Source of the DNA: Convolutriloba macropyga
Taxonomy: Eukaryota
Direction of reading: 5' to 3'
DNA: 64,000 nt
Assembly: GCF_964194025.1 (NCBI RefSeq)
Contig: NC_134477.1
Location: forward strand, 26,970,001-27,034,000
In this document: positions 1 through 11,900 of the stretch, one piece after another
Numbering within the stretch: position 1 is the first letter of the stretch
How the letters are laid out: the number at the start of each line of letters is the position of its first letter
Position numbers and translations under genes: made by a program
Notes under the pieces: model-generated
What the model saw: only the letters and a program-made list of their open reading frames with translations
Told to the model about the DNA's origin: nothing
Databases searched by the model: none

Positions 1-699
1 TGTAGATTACCTTTTTATTGCAATTTTGGTTTATGACTTATTGCTATTCTTAGTTCTCCAATATCAAAAGGGACTTGGTTTACTACAGATCACACAATAC
101 AGGATGTCTCTATATATATACTAGTTCAATCCAATATGGAAACAAATTGAAAGTTATATGTATAAGACTTGTTTTCGAAAAAACATTCAGTTTTATATTT
201 ACGTCGTTTTAACTCATAGTACTTACAAGTGGAAATAACAGAAGAAGAGGTATCAACAACTGAATTTTAGCTTGATCAATTTGTTGACATCTGACACAGT
301 AGTAACGGCTTACTGCTGGAAAAAACTCCAATTCAAGACACGGTAGTCATATACTGCTCAAGAATCGTTTTTCAAAACTCAATTAGTCTCAATTTAGTAA
401 GACAAATTTCTTTTATTTTCTGCTGACAATAGGCTTACTTTGTTTGTTGGTTTTCAACCTACTTCTACGCTGATTCTTTCGCTTTGCGTGTCAAGTCTCA
501 ACTGTTGATTGGTTGAAATTAGATATGACGACAGAGAAACGTTAATTCTCAAAGTGAAAGTGACACCATGAGTGGTTGTTAACCAAGATGAAAATCCACA
601 AAATTTTCCAACACCCTTTCAAGAAGTCTGTGTAGATTTGAAATACCGACTTAATTTATAGCTGCATTTGTTTACCTATTGATCAAGAGTTGGCCTCTT

Positions 700-2620
700 G
701 TGAATTTTGGTACCACAGGAGCGAGCTTTACTACTCGTTTCTTGTAAAATCCTTTGTTTGTTCGAACAGTCACTGGTCGAATCACACTATCAGACGCTTT
801 GATGGTCTTCGTACCTCGAGCAAGTTTATATCAATTGCGTTGGTCACTTTCTTCGAACAGCCGAACAAAATCGTCCTCTTCAAGGGTTCCGTTTGCCACG
901 AATCTTCCCCTTGCCGATTCTTCAAACTTGGTAAGCACTCTTTGCGAAACATATCCCAATTGGGATCATAGCTTTTAATCATGAATTTGACGAAAGAGCT
1001 TTTAACGTTCAACACAAATTCTTATTCAATTGGTTGATGGGGCGAGCAAACGTTTCTGTTAGCAAGCACTAAGTTCATGAGCCAATGCTTTATAGTCTTT
1101 AACATCCTAACAAAGTGGAGCAAGCGGTCTTGCGTTCAATATCTTTTCATAATACCAATCGTAGTTGAAAGAACATCCCCGGTGATTGATCTGCTCCCCA
1201 ACAACACAGACATTGCTTTTTTAGAACTTCTGACCATTCAGACCAGTCAAACGACTAATATATTCCTCCAAAGTTAGGCGCTGAGGGTGCGCTGATCTTC
1301 ACTCTGATTCGATGTTGGCTTATTTATGCTCCGAAACGATCTTTAATCTCTCGTTAAGCTACAAAAAAACTTGTCCCATTGTCGCTGATCACTGTGTCCG
1401 GATTGCAGTCTAATCATTAATTGTAAAGACTTTAAAAACTTAGTTGCCGTCTGGTAAGTCGACTAATGCCAGTGCTACCAATTCCACTCTGCGTTTTCTG
1501 CAGTAACACACTTGTTGCTGACTGACGTTGCGCGTTTGGTATGCGCAAGATCGACATATTTTGCTTCATTATGTTCCTTATATGCTCAGTGCCCTCAATG
1601 TAATAGTTCGTATGTTCAGTTCCCAAACATTGCTCAACTGCGTGATATTTCCAAGGAAAAAATATTTTGGACGGTTTGATTTTGAAGTCCAATACGCTTT
1701 TACCTATGGTTTCCTTGGCGAAAATATTTACTGCATCTTTAGGGAAGGGTGCACACTTTAGGATTTTGCTGCCTTTTTAATTTCATTTTGAGCTTGCAGA
1801 GATTTCCAATCCTCAGCAGACTGTTCTTTTGTAGAAAGTCGAAAAACATTGCCTGTTCTTTTACTCTTTCTTCAACGCTTTCCCCATTTGCTGCTGGCTT
1901 GTGTTTGCCAAATGCTCACTGTGTGTGTGACATTGTATTCACTAGCTTGTTGAAGTTACAGAAAAACTCCCACTGAAAACAACGAATTTTTTCAGCTGCT
2001 GCCATGTAGACTAATGTACGCTTGTGTTCTTCATCTGAGATAAAATAAGACATGTTCAGTTGCTCTGGCCATTCAATTTTCGGCTGCTTCAGTCAGGCCG
2101 ACCCAGCGAGCCAATCAATTCTGTTGCGTTCCTGCTTTTTTTTGCTCTAGTGCAAGCCAATATCGGCTGGGTTTTTGATACCGACCGCAAATATTCATTG
2201 TCAAGCATAAGTAGCATCCGTATCTCAGTCACTGGTTTGGCCACAAAAACTTGATGTTTATGATAGGAGCTCTGTATGCTCTACAGTACTGTAGTTGAAT
2301 CTAAGCACTGATAAATCTATTTACTTTCCTTTCCTGCTCCTTGACTATCTTTTCCTTCAATCAAACTGAGTGATTGCCGCTTACTTTAAGCGTGGTATTG
2401 AAAATTTTCCGTCAGTGCCATTCTGAGTTTTCCATTAACAAATGCTCAGCCACCTAAGTGTTCTTTGGTTCGAAAACGTAGATAGGCCACAGCACATCTT
2501 TCCTTCAGGAGCGTCATTAAACATAAGATGTTCGGATTCGTCCCCGCTGTATTGAAGTATCTCTTATTGGTATGTTCTACCATATGTTCTCTTCCATATC
2601 CAGAAATATGTTTCTTGAAG
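700..2620 (-). mobile_element. Degraded BEL/Pao pol relic (RNase H - integrase - DUF5641)
   Basis: Minus-strand translation through stops and frameshifts gives Pao motifs: CAVAYLR (RNase H, ~2480), IEWPEQ (~2060), GTEHIRNIMKQ (integrase H2C2 region, ~1580), NARPL (~1130), WDMFRKECLPSL and DSVIRPVTVRTNKGFYKKRVVKLAPV (DUF5641-like, 710-960). Confidence 0.8.
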
Positions 2621-5600
2621 TGGCTTCACTTCAGTCTCCCAACGTTGATTCACCTTTCTCCTGATGGCTTTCCGAAGTCGTTACATTTGAATACTTGACA
2701 GAACAAGCAATTTGACAGGTTTAAACATTGAAGATGACAGTGACTGAGTTTCCTCTGAAGTAGGGGTACTTTTACCTAAAATCTGGAATTTTTAACATCT
2801 GTTGGTGCTTCTGCTGACTTGAAAACTGTCGTCAGTAATAGTTCGTTTTAATCCAGTCACTGAAGAGCCCTCCGTTTTGAGGTTGCGTTAAACGTCGACT
2901 TGTTTTACGTTGATTGACTTCCAGGCCCTGGGCTTGCTTGTGCAACCACTTTGTTGTTGATTTTTTTACTTCTTCAGATCAAATCCAAGATGTGAGAAAG
3001 AGGTTGCAGCTAAATCAAGACTCAAATTATTTCAGGGATCTCTTTCGAATTGATTAAATTGAATTGGTTATGTATTGAATACTAAAGCAGGCTTTTTTCT
3101 TCGTCTAAAACTTAAAATAAATTAAATCAGTTGCTTTGGCCATTCAATTACTGGTCGGTTCAACCAGGCCGCCCCCGTGACCCGCACTCTTCTCATGATT
3201 TCCTCAATGTTGATAGCTGCAACACCAATGTCGGCTGATACCACTCATATGTTTTGAATGTGAAAAATTGGTTGAATTGAGTACCTCAGCAAATATATTA
3301 TATATATTTATCTAAAGACATATATTTGATCTGAAGACTTGCTGTTTACAATAGCAGCTGTAAATCCAAAGCAAATTCTTAGTTTAACCTGACCTTAAGT
3401 TGCAACCATGTATCTTAATAACATGCTCTTTGACTCTTTGTTCTTACAAAAGCACTGTCATGACTGCTGCCTGTAATTCCAATTGTGGCTTTGAAAGATT
3501 TCTGACCAGGTCCACTTTGAATTTTCCAATGTCAAACGCTAACATGGTTGAGTATACGTCTGATTGTGCAGGTAGATAGACCAGTTAGCGCATCTCATCT
3601 CAAGATGCGTCAGCAAATACATGGAACTATGTTTTGTTCCCTGTTGGTTTGGAATATCTCCTATTCATGCTCGTCTCAGCTACAAATGAAGTGGTTCATT
3701 TCACGTCAGAAAGTTTGCAGAACTTTATCAAGTTGGGTTTAAATAGTCGTCTCATGTGAACACTGATCGAAGCAAACGCTATAACTGTGTCATGCAATGA
3801 AGATAATAGCGACAGACAGACTTATTTTCGGAGTTCCGAGTGTGAAGACTGTTGTAGAAGAACGTTCTAGTCCGGGCATGGAAGAGTTCTCCATAAGGGC
3901 TTCAACGTCGACTTATTTAATACTGATTGACTTCAAATTTTCTGGGATTTGATATTCAACCTTGTTATTCTATACTGCATTTGCCGCAATTGGAAATATC
4001 TTGATTTTATCTCTTCTGGGATTGCTTATGTAACCGTTATTTTTTACTGCTTATTCATATCTTTAGTTCAAACGCGAGATGTGAGAAAAGGGGTTGCAGC
4101 TGATTCAATATTCAAATTATCACTCGTTCGGTTTGATTAAATCGCCCATGTTGAAGAAGTTTTGTTTTGCTTCTGCTATACCTCTTGTCGCTATCATATC
4201 TCAATCTCTTGAGCGCATAGTTCGCTTAAGTTGGTGAACTTTTAGCTCCATATTCATATCTCTGATGTTTTATTTCTTTGACGCCATAGAAATTTCAAGA
4301 AACCGCTATCGTGGTTGGGAACTGTCAATTTGCTGAAAAGTTGATTTGCTATCGGCGGTCAGGGCCATTAGTCTTCGGCGAATTCTGGATACAGTTCCGA
4401 TCAACCCTTGTAGATCACGAACTTCTAATGCACTGTCGTTCTGGCATACGTCTTTCAGTTGAGATGCTGTAGTACAAACACGTCGCCTTGCCAGGTTTGT
4501 TCGTCTTGAGCAGCAGATGGTGTGGCACGTCAAATTATTTCCAGAACGGGCCTCTCTCTTCCAACTCGTTGAGTATCTTTACAAATACCTTTTCAGCATC
4601 TGTGTCTTATCATTCTTGCTGCAAATTCTTTAGGTTTGGGTTTTTTTTAGAATCTATGCTCAAAAAATTCAAGTTGACCAAGGTTGAGCGGTAGTTGTTC
4701 AGCGGGTTTAGCTTTGGTTCAAAACACTACATTTCCACTTCGTTCAATTCGCCCTTAAACTCAGTGTTAATCTCTAGCTTCTTTTGTGCCTGCGTTTCCG
4801 TCTAGGACTGACTGATGAAAAGTTGATAATCTTTATTATCTTTTTGTCATCAAATGAGCACTGACTTCAAATCCTACTTCTGTGAGAACGGCCCAGATTT
4901 CATGTCCTGTCCATATCTTGTAGTTCAATAAGCATTGTAACTCATTAGCAATTTGATCGCGAATGATGCCAATTTTCATTAAATTAAGGAGTTTGGTTGG
5001 CAGTTTGTTTCTGCTTGGTGTAGTAATTTTTTCATTGGGATTGTTGGGAGTTTCAGTTCTCTGAGTGTCTTTACGATTTGCGTTTCAGCATCTGTATCCT
5101 ATTATTGTTGATGAAAGTCCTCTGGTTGTGGATTCCTTTAGAATCTCTTTATAGACCCATTTTTCTCTAAGCTATGGTTCTTTCAATTTTTTTCGTTAAG
5201 TCTGCGGATGTAAAGACTGACGAGTGACATTACGTTGTGGCCGAGGTGCCGAAGAACCCTCCGTATTGGCATTGGGCTCAACGTCCACATACTTTATGTT
5301 GATCGACTTCATGTCTTCTGGGATTTTTATGCAACCGTTTTGTTGCTGCTTATTAAAATTTTTAGTTCTTTTGTTCCTTGGTTCAAAACGTAGATAGGCC
5401 AAAGCACATCTTCTCTTCAGATGTGTTATCAAAGAAATGATCTCAAGTTTTGTTCACCGCTGTTTTGAAGTATCTCCTATTGATATCGTGTCCCATATGC
5501 TCTCTTACATATCTGGTATTCTGCTTCTTCAACGGACTCCACTTCGTTTTCCCAACGATGATTCACCTTTGTTCAAATGGGTTTCCGGAGTCATAACGTT

Positions 5601-7000
5601 TGGATACTTAACGCAACAGGCAATTTGACTGATTCAAACAATGAGGATGACAGTGACTGAACTTTCCTCTGAAATATGTGTACTTTTTTCTGTAATATAT
5701 ATTTTTTATCCCTTTTGTTGGTCCATGTGCCAATTTGAAAACTGTTGTCAGTAATAGTTCGTTTTATTCGAGGCCTTGACGAGCCCTACGTATTCTGGGA
5801 TCGCTTTCAAATTGAGTAAACCATCCATGTTGAAGTTGTTTTATATTGCTTTTGCTACAATTGGAAACATCTCGTTGTTGTCAAGTTAAATCTCACTCAA
5901 TTGAGAGCACACTTCGCAAAAGTCGGAGAAGTCTCGGCTCCAAATACATGAGTCAGATATTGAAACATTGGAACAAATTCATTATTTCTCTCACGACATA
6001 AAAACTACTATACTGTTCGGGAGATTGAAAATAGAAAAATATTGCAATTGCATATTGCTGAGAAAATTGGAGGACTACTGATCCTTCGAGAAATTTTTGT
6101 ACCGTTCTAACCAAGCCGCGTAGCAGAAATATGGGTACTTTCTTCTGTCATTTTCTTCCATATCTGGTATTCTGCCTCTTCAACTGGCTCCATTTCGTTT
6201 TCCCAACGATGTTTCACCTTTGTCCAGATGGGTTTCCGAAGTCATTACGTTTGAACACTTAACAGAACAGGCAATTGGACTGGTTCAAACACTGAAGATG
6301 ACAGTGACCGACGTTTCCTCTGAAATATGGGTACTTTTTTCTGTCATGTGTAAATTTTAACTTCTTTGTTGGTCCATCTGCCAACTTGAGAAGTGTTGTC
6401 AGTAGTTCATTTTAGTCGAGGCTTTGACGAGCCCTCCGTATTGAGGTTGGGCTCAACGTCGACTTGTGATATGTTGATTGACTTCAAGTCCCTGGACTTG
6501 CGTGTCTAACGTTTTGTTGTTGGTTTTTCACTTCTTTAGATGTGAGAGAAGAGGTTGCAGCTAATTCAAGACTCAAATTACTTCTTCTGGATCTCTTTCA
6601 ACTTGAATAAATCATCCATCTTAAAGTTGTTTGGTATTGCTTTTGCTACAATTGCAAACATCTCGTTGTTGTCAAATCCTACTCAATTGAGAGCTAACTT
6701 CGTAAAAGTCAGAGAAATCTGAGCTCCAAAAACGTGAGTCAGATATTGAAATATTTGAACAAGTTCATTATTTGTCTGACGACATAAAAACTACTAAACT
6801 GTTCGGATATTGAAATTGCCGAAAGATTGAAATTGCATATTGCTGAGAAGATTGCAGGACTATTGGTCCTTCGAGAAATTTGTGTACCGTTCTAACCAAG
6901 CCGCGTAGTAGATCGCGACCTCGTAGTACTTTGTCGTTCTGGCATAAAATTTCATGTATGGTTCTCTAGAATTTTTGCTGGAATAGTTAAATCTGACCCA
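2460..7000 (-). repeat. Mosaic of locally duplicated, diverged BEL/Pao-derived blocks
   Basis: Alignable blocks: 2461-3065, 5375-6125 and 6150-6950 (5510-5790 matches 6160-6440; 5805-6123 matches 6590-6908). Partial copies at ~4070-4300 and 4590-4700 versus 5085-5180. Confidence 0.75.
3125..3800 (-). mobile_element. Second BEL/Pao RNase H fragment
   Basis: Minus-strand FHVFADAS, LSKPQLELQAAVMTV and AWLNRPVIEWPKQ motifs; 3131-3170 is paralogous to 2059-2100. Confidence 0.75.
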
Positions 7001-8558
7001 AGGCTGAGCTGTGGTTGCTCGGCAAGTTTCTTTTTATAGTCAGGTCAATATGGGTGCAATATGCAGGTCAAATTTGCTCTGAACCCCTCTGAACGTTATT
7101 CAACACAACAATTTTTGTGCTTAGGCTGGAACTTTTGACGCTGCAATTGTTTAGGACCTCTTTTTCGAGTAGGCATTAAATATAACTCCAAAAAATGTGA
7201 TAAAATTATCTAAAAATGAGCTGCAGCGCAAATTTTTATTGAAATTGTGCAGCTAATTTTAATTTGCGCACTACCTTCCTGCACAGTGCAGAAAAATTCA
7301 AATAATTTATTTATAGTGTAGAAAAATTTTGAAAAGTGTAGAAACTGATTCAATGAAATGAAATTTTTCGCCGTATTTTGTTTTTGTTGAACAGAAGAAC
7401 AGAAATTCCACGAGTTTTGAATTGCCTAAATAAATCATTGTTTAATGGAGGACACCGAACCCCTTTTTATTCCAGACATTGAATTGATTTCATTTCGGTT
7501 TAACCAAAATGCGCATTGACAGAAAAGAGAGCAAAGAGACGCTCTTATGGTTTTCTGCGCACGCATCCAAACTCCCCAAAAGAGTAAAAATTTCTCTGAT
7601 TAAAAAATTGGATCAGGTATCAGAAAAGGGCCAAGTAAGTATCACAAGCAACATATATATAATTTTTTAAATTCTCGGAAAAACTGAATTATTTCTTTTT
7701 ATCCAAAATTAGTTTTTTTCTGCAAAATTTATGCACAACTGAAGTGACTTACGCTATGGCATATCATTGGAAAAGTTTCAATTATTTTAACAAATTATTA
7801 TGAATTAAATTGAACCAAATTATTAGGTTTTTCTTCACTTTGAGGAAACAAGTTACCTCAAACAATTTCAATTGAACTGTTTACAAATTATTGTTAATGA
7901 CAATTTGCCGGATCTCTTCCATCCTCTCTGAATATGACCATTAAAAATGCTTGACTTTTGAGGCAAACAAAAGGTCTACATAAAGTGTCAACTTCTTTTT
8001 AACGTCTTTAAAAAGAAGTTAAGAGCTCGGTTCCTAAGGTGCGTAATTGATATTCCTGTTCTTTTTTTTCAGTTGGATGCATTTTTGAGAAATTACTCGG
8101 GCAGAAGTTGTCTTGTAATAGGTTTTTTAAAATTATTTTTTGCAGTTTGATCAAAGTCCATAGTGAATATGAGCTGCCGATAGTTACTGTTCAAAAAACA
8201 ACAGAGCAAATATAAATAGTCAATTTTTGGCACAAAAAAACATCAACTAATAGCACACAGGTAAAATAAGCAAGTTCAATTGGAATGATAGCGTGGGAGA
8301 GAACAAAAATACCCAGTTGCAGATGTCCCGGAAGCGAACTATCAGAAAAATGAGCATTCTTTTAACTGTAGAAATCAATCAATTTTTCACCCTCATAACT
8401 TCAACCATTTTTTAAATTTCAAGTGCTGAGATATTCGCTGAACAGATGCACAAGATATTTCACTAAAAATATTGCTTGAAAGCTTAAAAGTTTTTAAACA
8501 ATATTCCTGCCAGTGGGATTTTTGACTCTATGAACAAGAATTAAAATCGACCAGGAAC

Positions 8559-8924
8559 TCATTCGGCTGATGACGCATTCTCGCGATGCGCTGATTCCCA
8601 AGTAAATGGCAACAAAAGTTTCCCTGGACTTTTCCTCTCAGAAGCTGTTCTGGTCAAGTCGTGTCGGATCCGACTTCGTTCTCGTTTTGTTGGTGATACT
8701 GACTCGTCAGTAACATTCATTCGTCTGCCAGTCGGCTTCCCACGAAGTATAAGTTGGGTGATAACGAAAAAGCAACCAGATATTAATGCTACTGTAAGAA
8801 TAAATATGCCGAAGAACATCATCCAAGCAAACAAAATGCTGTATAGGACCAATTCGTGTTTTTCCGATATCATTTTGGCTGCAAGAACTTCTCTAGTTTC
8901 AAATGCTGTGAAAGTAAACTGCAT
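8559..8924 (-). CDS. Candidate small single-pass membrane protein (121 aa)
   Basis: ORF has one long hydrophobic stretch (LVLYSILFAWMMFFGIFILTVALISGCFFVI) followed by an Arg/Lys/Ser-rich tail. A minus-strand acceptor-like site (ttttttgttcccag) lies ~17 nt upstream of the ATG. No homolog recognised. Confidence 0.35.
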   Translation of the reverse strand: MQFTFTAFETREVLAAKMISEKHELVLYSILFAWMMFFGIFILTVALISGCFFVITQLILRGKPTGRRMNVTDESVSPTKRERSRIRHDLTRTASERKSPGKLLLPFTWESAHRENASSAE

Positions 8925-11900
8925 TTAGGTAACAGTAGGTTCTGGGAACAAAAAATAAATTAATTTGATAATATCGAATCAGCAGGTTGTAACTGCAAAT
9001 TTTGGGGGAATTTCAGGTAAATTTATCTAGAGTTGCAAGTAATGTAATACGCTTGTAGGTTAGAGTCCGGGTGAGTTGCTTTAAAGGACAATTTGTTTGC
9101 AAATTCTTGGTAAAATAACCAGCATTTTATAATCAATTTATCTGCAATTTGCAAGAGTGTGATCATAAGGAGTCGGTAAAAATTATATCTGGCCAAAACT
9201 AATTTAGTGATAATTAATTATTACTACTTACAGTCAAGTTTTTGTTGCCACGATAACAATCCTTAACAAAATATGCCTACTTTATTCCAAAGAAATCGGA
9301 AGCATTATTTCTTGAAAACTTAGTAATAAGTTAAAATTGTCAGGAAATTTTACTCAGTGTAAAATCAAGAGACGTAGTGATAGATCTTTTTTCTATTTTT
9401 TTTTCAATTTTCAAAAATTTTCTAATGTCGGCAGCAAATTCACTTAATAGTAAATTGGGCGCAGAATTAGTCAAAGTTAGTAATTAGGGTCGAATAACTT
9501 ATGAAGGTTATCGGGGTTATTACCACATAACTGTCAAAGCGAATAATGTTGTTTTTTAATCTGGAGCAGTGTGACAAATGATTGCTTTCAAGGTTATGTG
9601 GGTTAAGAAATCACACAGCTTTAAGAAAACTGATGTCCTGTGGGCGGATTAGAGTGCTCCAAAAGAAGGAATTATAAGGTGGAAAGCTATAAAACTTATC
9701 ACTTTCTGCCTAGCTAAGGAAATCACAAATGTGGCAAAAATAACATAATAAAAACAAAATTCCGATGTAAGCTTGCTGAACAAAAACAAATCTGTCCATC
9801 AGTTTTGGAACATTTATTAACAAAGAAAAAACATCGGGTAAAAATTTTATCTGTTTTTTTTTTAATTTAAATAAATTAAAAAGCGCTTGTTTTATTTCTT
9901 TTTGATTATAAACAACGGTGATAATTGAACCCTAACCTAAAAATATAGTCGGTTGGGATATTAAAAACGCATAAAATGAAGGTCAAGCACAACTTAGCAT
10001 GGATATGGTATAAATTGATTTTTGCATGTTTATGAATAATATATGATAATAACGTGCGTTAACACATGCATTTTTAGGGCTAACTTATTATGATGGTATT
10101 GTAGAATATTGGTGGTGGTATCAATATGCGCGTCTGCAATGAGCCTATTTGAAAATAGAAGGTTAAAAAGAACATTTCGCATAAGAGAGGGGTGGGTGGC
10201 GTATAAGTATAAGTGAATAACTGAGAATATATGTGAAAAGTTAATTTGGTCACGTGTAAGCTGTGCTTGGCACACCACACTAGGAGGTCTAATTCAATTT
10301 GGAATGATATCAACATGTCTAGCCATGGCAGTGCATCAAATGATTTCCGCTTTAGTGCACTTCTATCCCGCTATTCATCACACATTTTTTAAAATCCAAT
10401 TTATCTGTCTTATCTTTCTTCTTTTCTTACAAAATGCTCCTGTTAGTTACAACGCTAACGGGTTAACGCCTGCACAGTTTGGAGGTAAAACACGCAAAAA
10501 ATTGAAATAGCTCAAAAGAAATGCACAAAAATGTTGAGACAATATTCACGCTAATCTGGCCTTTTGAACAATACTTTTCATATCTTGCAGACCTTCAGTC
10601 TCGCGTCTTTCCTCTTTCAAAAGAAAAGTTGACAAAATAGCATTTATAAAAGAAGAAAGAACAAAATTGTAGGCCAATTACTTATTATGCAACCAATATC
10701 AGTCATGACAATATAACAAATTGATGCAACTTTGGAACTTGTGTCGAAAATACTTCAGTAAAATAGGGATTGTGTTAGTAGTATATCTTTTTAGTAACAG
10801 TTAAAAGCTAGAAACAACTTCAACTAATTTTCAAAGCCATGATTTACATGTAATAATGTTTAACATCGTATTAATTGTGAATTTAACCAAGCTTGAATGA
10901 ATACCACCACCCCGGTATTTCCCGCTTAATTAGTTAGATTGTTTTTCAATAATTCTCCACCTGATGAATACAATTTGTACTCAAATTTTGCCTCTCTTTT
11001 ATGATTCCTCAAAAATTTGCGGAGATCCTTGAGTAGAAAAAGAGGGTTTATTTGAGAGTGAATTTTAGAGAAAAAATGAAACACTTCGTACGTTTTTTTA
11101 AGCTGGGCCACTTTGTAGAAGAAGCTATATTCGGATCTTTTTGATGTTCGAAACTTGACGATAGGAACGGTATATCAATTGGTCTGTTTGTATGATAACC
11201 AGTTATTATTGACCAGTGACTTGATGCTGGCAAAGAAGTGAAATCCAATAAAAAAACTTTGATCGAAAATAACAAATCAAGGTTATTTAGAAGTACGAAA
11301 GAGGTAGGAAACCATAATGGAACATTTTTCGATGAACGCCGTATCATGCAAACTCCATGTGCAGATGATCGCGTCTAATCAAGACATTTGTAGTCTTTCT
11401 GGACGCTGCAATGAAGACAAAACAGCACTCGAAAAAACCGACGAATAAAAGATTGTGCCCAAAGGGTCCTAACTACGTTTTGCAGTTTTTACTGCTAAGC
11501 TCTAGAAAATTTGTTCCGTCGTGGTTTTTGCATTGATTTATTTCTTTGATTTGCAGCAATAAGAACATAGCTGTTAGATTGCCAGAAAGTCGCCGCAATG
11601 GCTTTGTAGATCTGCAGAAAAGATGGCGAAAGAAACAGACCAAAAAAGAAACTTTTTAAAATGCTGAGCTGTTGTATTTTAAGGATGTTTAATTACTGCT
11701 GATTCTATTAGCTGCCCTAAAATACCCTTCAGTTAGAGCGGTACACACTCATTTGACCTTATCTGTTTGAATTAAAGTAAAGAAAAGTCAATTGCAGAGT
11801 GAAAAAGTCATTTTTGAGAGTGAGGTAAGTCAAGTGTGACCAAACATTTGATCACGCGATTTAACAAAAAAACACTCTCTATAAAGAGTGAAAAAAGATG

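Noticed and set aside
6863-6876. TGGTCCTTCGAG as a tRNA-Tyr PBS
   Set aside because: No LTR end precedes it, it is opposite to the local Pao coding strand, and it lies inside a duplicated internal block.
10926-11347. Minus-strand coding-like ORFs
   Set aside because: No recognisable motif or convincing splice support.
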